Part shown: positions 1 through 8,699 of the stretch, in pieces
Numbering within the stretch: the first letter of the stretch is position 1
Layout of the letters: each line of letters begins with the position of its first letter
NCBI GenBank assembly: GCA_030612625.1
Contig: JAUWNN010000002.1
Span: forward strand, 1-39,634
Direction of reading: 5' to 3'
Length of the DNA: 39,634 nt
Source of the DNA: a candidate division WOR-3 bacterium
GTDB taxonomy: Bacteria; Hydrothermota; Tepidihabitantia; Tepidihabitantales; Tepidihabitantaceae
Program-made: the position numbers and the translations under genes
Notes under the pieces: generated by a model
Database searches by the model: none
Told to the model about the DNA's origin: nothing
What the model saw: the letters and a program-made list of their open reading frames with translations, nothing else

Positions 1-149
1 AGGCCGCAACTCAGGGCTTCTGACCGGGTTAGAGACCGGAATGGCCAAAAACATAACTCCGCGGATAACACGCTGACGAAGCGAGGGTTACAGCGTTATT
101 CCTGCAAATGCCCACTGTCCAGGGGGCAGTGGGCCCCCCCCTCCCCGTC

Positions 150-437
150 GATATGGCCGTTGTGACGGTTACCGACTCGGGCGGCCAGGCCGGTGTCGTC
201 CTGGTGCGTTTGATGGCAGGCGTCACGAAGTCCGACACGGTGTTCGTCACGCCCCTTGCTCTGACTTCGGACGCGGTCGTCGTGCTCTGGCTCGTCATGA
301 CATCCGGCATGAGCACCGGAAAGAAGCTCAGGCTGAGAACGATCATGGCCTTCGCCACGAAGCCCGACATGACACCCATGAACCTGCTCATCACCATCAC
401 CGTCACGACCCTCGACAAGACCGCCGCTACGACGACC
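150..437. repeat. Degenerate 12-bp-period array 1 (about 24 units, core GWCAYGAC, partly palindromic GTCATGAC)
   Basis: In 12-mers from 150: gatatggccgtt, gtgacggttacc ... gtcacgaagtcc, gacacggtgttc, gtcacgcccctt ... gtcatgacatcc, ggcatgagcacc ... gacatgacaccc ... gtcacgaccctc. Phase is kept while sequence diverges. Confidence 0.7.
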
Positions 438-727
438 CGGCCCTACCTTTGGATGTGGAGTGCAACGACTGCGGCGTTGCGCAATGGGAATTAAGGGGAC
501 ACAATATCTAACTCGGGCCGGGCCGGGGTCAGGTCTTGAATCTTGCGATTCGCGGAAGCCAGACGGCCGCACGCCGCCGCTTGACACGCGGGCGAATTGG
601 AGTAGAAGTTGCCCGTGGTGAACGATGACGGCCCGGCAGGAAAACGGGGGTGGTCCCTAATTTTCCCTAATTTTCCCTCGAATTCTAGCCCGAAATGCCC
701 AGCCTGCCCGCGCCGTTCACTCAGCAG

Positions 728-755
728 TTGACTTGTATTCACCTGCCGCTACGAT
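728..755 (+). promoter_or_regulatory. Sigma70-type promoter TTGACT-N16-TACGAT
   Basis: Hexamers at 728-733 and 750-755; ATG at 765 with no clear RBS, so near-leaderless. Confidence 0.55.
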
Positions 756-764
756 TCGGCTGAG

Positions 765-3122
765 ATGGCTAAGGTGACCGGCAAGTACGTGTTGTCGCTT
801 CTCATCACTGCAACCTGCCTGGTGGCGGCGCAACGGCTTCCCGTGGAGGCCCACCTCGTCTGGAGCAGGGATTTCTTCCGGGTTGCGCCCGCTGACCTGG
901 ACGGCGACGAGGAAGACGAACTGGTCACGATGCCCACCTGCACGAGACTCAACGTCCAGGACCAGCGCCTGTATCACCTGGCAGGCGGGTGCGCCTTCCC
1001 GCCCGGTACGTTCGAGCAGGGGTATCTCATTGGCGGCTCTGCCATGGCGGGTCTGTGGGTGACGTACGTGCGCGACGATTCGCTCTTCCTGCAGCCGGTT
1101 GGGAGGCGCGCCTACTTTGTCGCAGCCGGCCGTGATACTGCGCGGGACTGGGATGGGCACGCCGTTCAGGTTGACGTGCTCGACCTCGACGCGGATGGCA
1201 GGCTCGAAGCAGTCATTGCGGTCGCCTCCGGGTATGGACTCGCACCGCGGGGCATCGTCGTGCTCGACTGGGAATCGGGAAACAACCTCTGGCACCATTG
1301 GTGTGGCCCCAATCCCCAACGCCTGCTCTGCGCCGACATCGACTCGGACGGCAGGACTGAAATCCTGATGAGCACAAGTGCACCGGGCAACGGCAATTCG
1401 GACAACGGCACGGACGACCTGCACACGCACGTCTCCCTGCTTGGCTGCACAGGACAGGAGGTCTGGCGCACGAGCCTGGGCACGTACTCTTCCTCTGTGG
1501 TGCCCGCCTGGCTCACGCCTACCGAGAGCGAGGGCACCGTGCTGTTTGTCGGCGAAACGGGCAGTCCTGCCGGTGGCCGGAATTGTGACAGCGTCTTCGT
1601 GCTGGACCCCAACACCGGCCGGATTCTCCGTTCCGCCTGCCATCGCGAGTTCAACAGCGATTACGCGGTGCTCCACGACTCGTCCGGACGAAGCTTGGTG
1701 GCGTTCTGGTCATCCGATGAACTCCTGCTCATTGACGCAAACCTGGCGCTGGTCAGGCGCTCCCGTCTGCCGGGAACGCACGACTTGCAGGTTGCCGCCG
1801 GCCAGTTCTCAGGAACCGGTCGAGATGAACTGGCGGTTCTGCCCGGGACCGGCCGGCTGCAAGTCTATGACCTCGGCCTGAGGCAGCTCGTGGACATCCC
1901 GGTCGGGCATTATGCCAACTTGATACCGGTACGAGCAAGCGACCGCACGCGCCTGATGCTGCACAGGTCCTATGAAGACCGTGTCAGTTGCACGCTGTTT
2001 GACTTCCGCCCGGTCCCATTGCTCGACAGGGGAGTCCCTTTGGGATGGTCACTGGCCGCGGGCGCACTGCTGCTGGTCGTGTTCGGCATCGTGCTGGTCG
2101 CAGTACGCCTGCGCCAGACCCGGGACGTGCGCCTGCTTGTCCGCGGCCTGACCGGCCGAGCCGGGGTTATTGAACTGGACCGCAGAGGCCGCGTGACAAG
2201 AACCAATCGCAAGGCCCGGGATATCCTTCCAGGAGGTCATGCTGCCAACGGAAACGAGGCACTTCCGTCGGAGGGTCCGCTCGCCCCGCTCGCCGGGCTG
2301 GTCAGAGCGGTGCTGGCCGAACCGACGGACGTATCATCCCGGGAGATGCCGGTCTCCATCGGTCCGGACCAGACCCTGCTCGCTCGAGCCACCAGGGTGA
2401 AGTCAGGCGTGCTTCTCACCCTGGAAGACATCTCTGCAGTTGAGTACATGCGCCGAGTCAAAGCCTGGCTACCGGTCGCTCAGAAGCTGGCCCACGGCAT
2501 CAAGAACCCGCTCACGACCGTTCTCCTCACCGCCCAGCGCATCGGCAAGCAGGCGGACGACGAAGGCACCCGTGGCTATGCAGCCTCCATCGTGCGAGAA
2601 GTGGGCCGGCTTCGCAGAGTGTCAGACAGCTTCATGAAGCTCACCCGGCTTGAGGCTCCCAACAAGATGCCTGTCAACCTCAACGACATCTTGTCAACCG
2701 CTGTCACCAGGTTCCGAGAAGCACCTGGTGTTGACATCAAGCTCAACCTGGACCAGAACCTGCCCGCTGTTCCGGTTGACCGGGAGCACATTACAGCCGC
2801 ATTCACCAATGTCATCGAGAACGCTGTCTCGGCCATGCCTGTCGGCGGAACCCTGACCGTGACAACGTCCCTGCAGAAGAAGGACGATGGCCATGTGGCC
2901 AGAGTCGTCATAGCCGACACAGGAAAAGGCATTCCTGAACGCTACCTGTCCAAGGTGTTCGACCCCTACTTCACGCTTAAGGAAGGCGGGACTGGACTCG
3001 GCCTGGTGATAGTGAAGAAGATTGTCGAAGACCACGGCGGTGATATTCGCATAGACAGCCAGGAAGATGTTGGCACCTTTGTCACCATCGAGCTTCCTGT
3101 CACCGACAAGCGGCTGGCATAG
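765..3122 (+). CDS. Membrane sensor histidine kinase with extracytoplasmic FG-GAP/beta-propeller-like domain
   Basis: Signal peptide; DLDGD/DLDADG/DIDSDG repeats; TM helix; PAS-like segment; H-box LAHGIKNPL; N-box NVIENA; DTGKGI; FDPYFT; GTGLGL. Confidence 0.92.
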   Translation: MAKVTGKYVLSLLITATCLVAAQRLPVEAHLVWSRDFFRVAPADLDGDEEDELVTMPTCTRLNVQDQRLYHLAGGCAFPPGTFEQGYLIGGSAMAGLWVTYVRDDSLFLQPVGRRAYFVAAGRDTARDWDGHAVQVDVLDLDADGRLEAVIAVASGYGLAPRGIVVLDWESGNNLWHHWCGPNPQRLLCADIDSDGRTEILMSTSAPGNGNSDNGTDDLHTHVSLLGCTGQEVWRTSLGTYSSSVVPAWLTPTESEGTVLFVGETGSPAGGRNCDSVFVLDPNTGRILRSACHREFNSDYAVLHDSSGRSLVAFWSSDELLLIDANLALVRRSRLPGTHDLQVAAGQFSGTGRDELAVLPGTGRLQVYDLGLRQLVDIPVGHYANLIPVRASDRTRLMLHRSYEDRVSCTLFDFRPVPLLDRGVPLGWSLAAGALLLVVFGIVLVAVRLRQTRDVRLLVRGLTGRAGVIELDRRGRVTRTNRKARDILPGGHAANGNEALPSEGPLAPLAGLVRAVLAEPTDVSSREMPVSIGPDQTLLARATRVKSGVLLTLEDISAVEYMRRVKAWLPVAQKLAHGIKNPLTTVLLTAQRIGKQADDEGTRGYAASIVREVGRLRRVSDSFMKLTRLEAPNKMPVNLNDILSTAVTRFREAPGVDIKLNLDQNLPAVPVDREHITAAFTNVIENAVSAMPVGGTLTVTTSLQKKDDGHVARVVIADTGKGIPERYLSKVFDPYFTLKEGGTGLGLVIVKKIVEDHGGDIRIDSQEDVGTFVTIELPVTDKRLA

Positions 3123-3125
3123 AGA

Positions 3126-4511
3126 ATGCACGGCAAGAAGCAGATGACAAAGCGCATCCTGGTTGTTGATGACGACAAAGGCATCCGGGACATAGTCCGT
3201 GATACCCTGTCCAGCGAAGGGTACGAAGTAGTCGAGGCATTCGACGGAACCGAGGCGGTCAAACGTGTCGAAGAGAACGACCTGAACCTGGTCCTGCTCG
3301 ACTACAAGCTTCCTGACTTCGATGGCATCGAAGTGCTGCGCAAGGTCAGAGCTCTGAGACCGAACCTGCCCATCGTGTTCCTCACCGGCCACGCAACCAT
3401 CGACCTTGCTGTTGAGGCAACAAAGCTCGGAGCCTGGGACTTCCTGGAGAAACCGGTGGACGACGACCGTCTACTGGTAACGGTCAGAAACGCAATCGAA
3501 AGGGACATACTTGCCCGCGAGGTAGAAACCCTTAAGGACGAACTCCTCGGCAGGTATGAGATGGTCGGGGTCTCAGACCCGATGCAACAGGTGTATGAGA
3601 TGATTCGCAAGGTCGCGCCTTCCAAAGCAAACGTCCTTATCCTTGGCGAAAGCGGTGTGGGCAAGGAACTCGTTGCCAGGGCCATCCACTACCAGGGTCC
3701 ACGGTCAGGCAAGCCGTTCGTGAAACTCAACTGCGCCGCCATCCCCAAGGACCTGGTCGAAAGCGAGCTGTTCGGACATGAGAAAGGCGCGTTTACTGGA
3801 GCGGTCGCAGCCAAGCAAGGCAAGGTGGAACTGGCCGATGCGGGCACCCTGCTCCTGGATGAAGTCGGTGACATGAGCCTGCAGGCCCAGGCCAAGTTGC
3901 TCAGATTCCTGCAGGAAGGCGAGTTTGAGCACGTCGGTGGAACCAAGACTCTAAGTGTTGAAGTGCGCGTCATGGCTGCTTCCAACAAAGACCTGAACAA
4001 GGCCATCCGGAATGGCGAGTTCCGCGAGGACCTCTACTACCGTCTGAACGTCGTGACAATTGTCGTCCCGCCACTCCGGGAACGAAAGCAGGACATTCCG
4101 CTCCTTGCTGACCACTTCCTGAGCAAGGCCTGCGACGAAGACGGGTTGCAGCGCAAGGCCCTTACGGACGGGGCAAAGGAACTGCTCGCCAACCAGTCCT
4201 GGAAAGGCAACATCAGGGAACTTGAGAACTTGGTCCACAGAATTGCAGTTCTTAGGGATGAACCCATCCTCACTGCAGACTGCATCATGCCGTTCTTGAA
4301 TGAAGTGTACTTCACGCCCCAGCGCGGCCAGGCTCAGACTCTGCGCGATGCCAGACAGGAGTTTGAGCGAGACCTCATCCTCAGAGTCTTGTCCAAGAAC
4401 CAGTGGAATGTGGCTTCGGCTGCCAACGAACTCGGTGTCGAGCGCACCTACCTGTACCGCAAGCTCAAAGACCTGAACGTCACCCTGCCCGTTTCCAACA
4501 GCAACGAGTAG
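3126..4511 (+). CDS. NtrC/NtrX-type sigma54-dependent response regulator (start may be ATG 3144)
   Basis: Receiver domain (ILVVDDD, LLDYKLP), Walker A GESGVGKE, ESELFGHEKGAFTGA, LLLDEVG, FREDLYYRLNV, C-terminal Fis-type HTH. Confidence 0.95.
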   Translation: MHGKKQMTKRILVVDDDKGIRDIVRDTLSSEGYEVVEAFDGTEAVKRVEENDLNLVLLDYKLPDFDGIEVLRKVRALRPNLPIVFLTGHATIDLAVEATKLGAWDFLEKPVDDDRLLVTVRNAIERDILAREVETLKDELLGRYEMVGVSDPMQQVYEMIRKVAPSKANVLILGESGVGKELVARAIHYQGPRSGKPFVKLNCAAIPKDLVESELFGHEKGAFTGAVAAKQGKVELADAGTLLLDEVGDMSLQAQAKLLRFLQEGEFEHVGGTKTLSVEVRVMAASNKDLNKAIRNGEFREDLYYRLNVVTIVVPPLRERKQDIPLLADHFLSKACDEDGLQRKALTDGAKELLANQSWKGNIRELENLVHRIAVLRDEPILTADCIMPFLNEVYFTPQRGQAQTLRDARQEFERDLILRVLSKNQWNVASAANELGVERTYLYRKLKDLNVTLPVSNSNE

Positions 4512-4540
4512 CCCGGACGGGGTCCCAAGTCCCCCGGTTC

Positions 4541-4580
4541 TGTCTGATTCTCACAACAACTCTGTTGTCTGAATCATACA
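4541..4580 (+). promoter_or_regulatory. Putative upstream activator sites for a sigma54 activator (two TGT-N9-ACA boxes)
   Basis: TGTCTGATTCTCACA (4541-4555) and TGTCTGAATCATACA (4566-4580), 120-155 bp upstream of a -24/-12 element. Confidence 0.6.
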
Positions 4581-4696
4581 AGAAGGCCTGCATAACTCGC
4601 CTTGTTGAGCCATCTGCTTGAGTCCAGATACCCTAAGAGATTGCTGCATCTCAACATAGAACAGGTTAAGCTCAGTTCTCTGTTGTCCGCCAGACG

Positions 4697-4712
4697 CGGC
4701 ACGCCCGGTGCA
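4697..4712 (+). promoter_or_regulatory. Sigma54 -24/-12 promoter
   Basis: cGGCACgcccggtGCa: GG (4698-99) and GC (4710-11) separated by exactly 10 nt; lies between the activator gene and the 4822 gene. Confidence 0.7.
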
Positions 4713-4821
4713 GTCCTACTGAGCGATGAGAGAAATGCAGAACAGGCGGCACCGAGCCTCAGACGAATCTAGGCATCCGAGGTGCGCGGATGCAAACTAT
4801 ACAACAGTGTAGGAGGCTTGC

Positions 4822-6303
4822 ATGAAAAGTCAGTGTAGACAGATGAGGAACTCCCTCTTGTATGGCATTGTGATACTCCTCTGGGCAATGACCGTTTCGG
4901 CCCAACCACCGGGTACCTTATGGGAGAAGACATACGGAGGAACGAGCTTTGACAGAGCCCTCTCCGTGCAACAGACCTCAGATCACGGCTACATCATCAC
5001 AGGATTGACGTATTCGTATGGCCAGGGTGAGTGCGATGTCTTCCTGGTAAAGACAGATGCGAATGGGAATGCCCTCTGGACAAAAACCTACGGAGGTGCA
5101 GATGAAGATGTAGGTTTTTCAGTTCGACAGACCCCAGACAACGGATACATCATCGCAGGATACACAGGGTCATTTGGTGCAACTGTTGATGTTTATCTGA
5201 TAAAGACCGATGAGAATGGCGATACGATCTGGACACGGACATACTTAGGCCCAGGTGGTGGTGAGGATGTCGGCCAGTCGGTTCAGCTGACTCGTGACGG
5301 TGGATACATCATTGCAGGATACTGCGAACAATTCAGTAGCAAATATGTCTACTTTTTGAAAACAGATGCAGCTGGCAATCGCCTTTGGAGAGGGACATGC
5401 GGCGCGACTGAAGATGATTACGGCTTTTCAGTTGACACGACTTCAGATGGGGGATACATCATCGCAGGACGGACGAGTTCATACGGTTCAGGTGATGAAG
5501 ACGTGTACCTTGTCAAGTTGAACGGGAGCGGTAACGTTGTTGGGTTCCAGACATATGGCGGGACTCGCGGAGACAGAGGCTACTCGGTTCAGCAGACTTC
5601 CGACGGAGGGTATATCATCGCGGGGCGTACGTCCTCCTTCGCGGAGGTTGCTGACGTCTACCTCATCAAGACAAACAGGTTCCTGGATACGGTCTGGACA
5701 AGGACCTACGGAGGCGCAAGCGTAGATGAGGGCTATTCAGTCCAACAGACTTCTGACGGCGGATACATTGTCGCAGGAGAGACGTATTCGTTCGGGGCAG
5801 GTGCCATGGACGGGTATCTCATACGGACGGACCCAGGCGGTGATACCTTGTGGACGAAGACATACGGGGGTTCGGGGTGGGATGTATGTTGGTCGGTTCA
5901 GGAATGCCATGATAATGGATACATCGTTGCCGGGTACACTAGGTCATTCGGTCACCCGGATGGGGATTTCTATCTCATCAGGACAGAGCCCTACGTTGGC
6001 ATTTGGGATGAGAGTTTTCCTGAAGTCATACCGGCGATTTCACAGACAGCACCGAATCCCTTCAGCCGACGGACCACGATTCGGTATTCGTTGGCCAAGG
6101 AGACGGATGTTGACCTTGCGGTTCTGGATGTCACCGGAAGGGTCGTGCGGACTCTGGTCCGAGCGAAGCAGAAGGCCGGAGTCTACAAGGCGACCTGGGA
6201 TGTCGGCGGCGTCCCTCAGAAGCGTCTGCCCAAGGGCGTCTACTTCTGTCGTCTCAATGCCGGTGAGTTCACAGCGACCAGGAAGATGGTGAAGCTGGAG
6301 TAG
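4822..6303 (+). CDS. Secreted beta-propeller repeat protein with FlgD-Ig/T9SS-type C-terminal domain
   Basis: RBS AGGAGG; signal peptide; seven repeats of about 50 aa (W-KTYGG...SVQQTSDGGYIIAG...DVYLIKTD); tail PNPF...GVYFCRL...KMVKLE. Confidence 0.88.
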   Translation: MKSQCRQMRNSLLYGIVILLWAMTVSAQPPGTLWEKTYGGTSFDRALSVQQTSDHGYIITGLTYSYGQGECDVFLVKTDANGNALWTKTYGGADEDVGFSVRQTPDNGYIIAGYTGSFGATVDVYLIKTDENGDTIWTRTYLGPGGGEDVGQSVQLTRDGGYIIAGYCEQFSSKYVYFLKTDAAGNRLWRGTCGATEDDYGFSVDTTSDGGYIIAGRTSSYGSGDEDVYLVKLNGSGNVVGFQTYGGTRGDRGYSVQQTSDGGYIIAGRTSSFAEVADVYLIKTNRFLDTVWTRTYGGASVDEGYSVQQTSDGGYIVAGETYSFGAGAMDGYLIRTDPGGDTLWTKTYGGSGWDVCWSVQECHDNGYIVAGYTRSFGHPDGDFYLIRTEPYVGIWDESFPEVIPAISQTAPNPFSRRTTIRYSLAKETDVDLAVLDVTGRVVRTLVRAKQKAGVYKATWDVGGVPQKRLPKGVYFCRLNAGEFTATRKMVKLE

Positions 6304-6336
6304 TCGCCGGGAGGTGACCGGAAAGGGCCGGCGATG

Positions 6337-6366
6337 CGGCGGGGAGGTTCGGCTCCCCGCCGATTT
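6337..6366 (+). terminator. Putative intrinsic terminator
   Basis: CGGCGGGGAG-gttcgg-CTCCCCGCCG hairpin followed by only a short attt tract. Confidence 0.5.
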
Positions 6367-6433
6367 CAATCGGCTTGGGTAGGACCGTGGCATTATGCTC
6401 CAAGCCAGTCCAGGCTTCGTTTCCCGTGAGCGT

Positions 6434-6461
6434 TTGACTTCCTTGCTACTGTGGCTAATCT
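6434..6461 (+). promoter_or_regulatory. Sigma70-type promoter TTGACT-N16-TAATCT for TA module 1
   Basis: Hexamers at 6434-6439 and 6456-6461; ATG at 6470/6473. Confidence 0.55.
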
Positions 6462-6469
6462 ATGATGAG

Positions 6470-6757
6470 ATGATGGATATCCGGTTTCACACGGACCCGC
6501 AAACAGGCCTTTCGCATGTGCACAAACACGGGGTGACTGAGAGGGAAGTAGAGGAAATCCTGTCCCGGCCAGGCGAAGACCGGCCCGGCCGCGAAGGTTC
6601 ACGAGTTGCTATCGGCCGGACGCAGGCAGGGCGCTATCTCCGCGTCATCTACGTACCTGACCCCGAGCCTGATAGCCTGTTTGTGGTGACAGCATATGAG
6701 CTGCGAGGGAAAGCGTTGTTGGCTTTCAGAAGACGCAGGCAAAGGAGAAGAAAATGA
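6470..6757 (+). CDS. BrnT/DUF4258-like putative RNase toxin
   Basis: HVHKHGVTEREVEE...AIGRTQAGRYLRVIY...VVTAYEL, basic C-terminus; overlaps next gene (ATGA). Confidence 0.75.
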   Translation: MMDIRFHTDPQTGLSHVHKHGVTEREVEEILSRPGEDRPGREGSRVAIGRTQAGRYLRVIYVPDPEPDSLFVVTAYELRGKALLAFRRRRQRRRK

Positions 6758-6957
6758 AGGAGCGGAGATTTCCACCTGGCTGGAATGAAGAGCGAGTTCG
6801 TCGTGTCTTGGATCACTATGAACGTCAGAGCGAAGAGGAAGCAGTTGCTGAAGATGAGGCTGCGTACGACCAAGACGGCCAGAGCATGGTCGAGATTCCC
6901 TGCGAACTCGTTCCCAAAGTCCGGGACTTGATAGCTCAACACCAGCCGCAGAAATAG
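6754..6957 (+). CDS. Putative cognate antitoxin (small acidic protein)
   Basis: 67 aa, FPPGWNEERVRRVLDHYERQSEEEAVAEDEAA; translationally coupled to the toxin gene. Confidence 0.7.
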   Translation: MKERRFPPGWNEERVRRVLDHYERQSEEEAVAEDEAAYDQDGQSMVEIPCELVPKVRDLIAQHQPQK

Positions 6958-7019
6958 AATTCTCAGAAGCATCGGCGCAGCTTGCAGAGCCACTTGGCGG
7001 GTGGTTCCGGGCCAAGAGC

Positions 7020-7115
7020 GGCAAGCTGGTTCCGGCTGGCGTCTACTTCTGCACGCTTGAGGCTGAAGGCCGAAGCGTCACGTGCAAAGTGGTGCTGACC
7101 CGGACTGCTGAGTAG
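7020..7115 (+). pseudogene. Orphan 3' fragment of a C-terminal sorting domain gene
   Basis: Translates GKLVPAGVYFCTLEAEGRSVTCKVVLTRTAE*, matching the tails of the secreted proteins in this window; no upstream gene body. Confidence 0.7.
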
Positions 7116-7286
7116 CCAGGTACAGCCTTCAGCAGCGGACGTCCGAGATTGGGAATTCCGGGGACGCAATACCTATCTGTCCTACCCGCATTCGCGGCAG
7201 CCATCGCCTGAATTTAGGCAAAGACAAATGCCTTGCCAAGGAGACGCGGAAGGCATGATAGCTTACGGCTGACAGTCAACGGCTGA

Positions 7287-7337
7287 CGGCTCACAGCCAG
7301 CCGGAAACGGCTAGACTGCCACAAACCGGCGGATTTC
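7287..7337. repeat. 51-bp direct repeat, copy 1 (covers the 3' end of the YgiT-type gene)
   Basis: cggctcacagccagccggaaacggctagactgccacaaaccggcggatttc; 48/51 identical to 7922-7972. Confidence 0.85.
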
Positions 7338-7538
7338 TACCTGTGTGCCTGAGCGAACCGTTTGCTCGGCAGCCTTGAGCAGTTGGTCTGTTACTTCTTC
7401 GTCAACATAGTCTTCGCCGCAGTTCGGGCAAACCTGGGCCGGCACACCTTTGAACACCAGTGTCACCCCATTCCGCTCCAGAGTGACCGTGGTCGTACCA
7501 GGCTGCGTTTTGGCCTGCCTGCAAATAACACACTTCAT
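7311..7538 (-). CDS. YgiT-type zinc-finger (MqsA N-terminal-like) antitoxin
   Basis: MKCVIC...VPAQVCPNCGEDY; RBS AGGAG; start overlaps the upstream stop (TAATG). Confidence 0.85.
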   Translation of the reverse strand: MKCVICRQAKTQPGTTTVTLERNGVTLVFKGVPAQVCPNCGEDYVDEEVTDQLLKAAEQTVRSGTQVEIRRFVAV

Positions 7539-7819
7539 TACCTTCTCCTTTTGTACCCGGCATTCCACTGGACAGGGTCGGGTTCATATGCAGTTATTAC
7601 AATAACCTCGTTATCGTCGTAATTGCTCGCTACTACCACATGAATCGGCCGAGCACCGCGCCATCCCAGAACCAGCCTGCTGGGGTATGGCGTGTCATCC
7701 GGGTAATCTTCTACTACCTCGCCGGTGGCGACAATCCGCCGCACATCCTCCATTGTGACCTTGCGCTGAAACATGCGCTGGAGAGCGTGTACCCGGAAAA
7801 CCAACCGTTCAGATGCCAC
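7538..7819 (-). CDS. DUF4258 family putative toxin
   Basis: FRVHALQRMFQR...GEVVEDYPDDTPYPSRLVLG...PIHVV...VITAYEPDP. Confidence 0.85.
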   Translation of the reverse strand: MASERLVFRVHALQRMFQRKVTMEDVRRIVATGEVVEDYPDDTPYPSRLVLGWRGARPIHVVVASNYDDNEVIVITAYEPDPVQWNAGYKRRR

Positions 7820-7868
7820 AGCCCTGCCGATTCATCCATTGCGTGCTGCGCGCAACAACCATCACTTG

Positions 7869-7896
7869 AATCTAGGGCGAAATGACGGCTTGTCAA
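7869..7896 (-). promoter_or_regulatory. Sigma70-type promoter TTGACA-N16-TAGATT for TA module 2
   Basis: Minus-strand hexamers at 7896-7891 and 7874-7869. Confidence 0.55.
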
Positions 7897-7921
7897 GGAG
7901 GCGGAGAGCTAGGACAGCTAT

Positions 7922-7972
7922 CGGCTCACAGCCAGCCGGAAACGGCCGGACTGCCATAAACCGGCGGATTTC
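7922..7972. repeat. 51-bp direct repeat, copy 2
   Basis: Near-identical to 7287-7337; the minus strand still reads VEIRRFMAV versus VEIRRFVAV*. Confidence 0.85.
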
Positions 7973-8144
7973 GACCAGCACGACAGGAAGAACGTTGCGG
8001 ACTGGGGAAGTATGGAACCTGTAAGGCATGAGTGCGTTTGACTCGGCCGGAATCCTGGTTGTTGAACGAACAGCCGGTGGGCGCGGAGTGATGGAGCCCG
8101 GTCGAGCCTGGAACTGCCGCTGAGTTCAGAAGGCGCTACCGAAG

Positions 8145-8444
8145 GTGAGCCGGGTCCTGAACCTGGTTCTGAGCCGGAGGCTGAGCCTGGAACTGAGTTC
8201 GGAGTTGAACTCGGGGCTGAACCGGGTCCTGACTTCGGGACTGGAGCCCGGGCTGAGGCTGGTCTTGAACCCGGTTCTGATTTGGCAATTGACTAAGCAA
8301 CTGAAATTCCAAGTGATATGCCAACTGACATCCGTTCTGACCCGGAAACTGAGCCGGGTCCTGACCTCGGGCCTGACTCTGGAGCTGAACTGTGGGCTGA
8401 ACCAGGAGTTCAAAGGGGGAGTGACCCCCGGGGTGACTTCCCGG
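8145..8444. repeat. Degenerate 12-bp-period array 2 (25 units, consensus CTGANYYNGGNN)
   Basis: gtgagccgggtc/ctgaacctggtt/ctgagccggagg/ctgagcctggaa/ctgagttcggag/ttgaactcgggg/ctgaaccgggtc ... gtgacttcccgg; NTGA recurs at the unit start in 23 of 25 units with no indels. Confidence 0.9.
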
Positions 8445-8699
8445 AGCACCCTGAGAAGCGAATCCTGAGCTAAGTTCCCAAGCCACAAGCAATTAACTTC
8501 CCAGTTACTGAGACATGCAATTTCTTTGGTGGTTTTCAGGTCCAGCGGCAAATAACATTACAGGGGTAGATGAAGAGGGCCTCTGTCCGTGACGGCCGCA
8601 GAGGAACTGCATGGGGTTGGGAAGAGGAGGAACAAAGAGGCCGGTGCATGGTTTCAGCACTGGCATGAGTATAGGCGTCCTCAAACAAAGGAGGAAATC

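Noticed and set aside
29-494. ORFs 108-494 (+), 29-418 (-) and 96-587 (-) as proteins
   Set aside because: Open on both strands because of the 12-bp array; no clear RBS or recognisable domain.
8145-8444. Arrays as CRISPR
   Set aside because: No constant 23-47-bp repeat with unique spacers, and no cas genes in the window.
8126-8551. Leu-every-4 ORF 8145-8468 and antisense ORFs as repeat proteins
   Set aside because: By-products of the phased DNA repeat, open in several frames with no RBS; coding is not fully excluded.
8589-8699. Longer N-terminus of the capsid-like ORF, and a sigma54 promoter at TGGCATGAGTATAGGC
   Set aside because: A strong RBS favours ATG 8700; the GG-to-GC spacing is 11 rather than 10.
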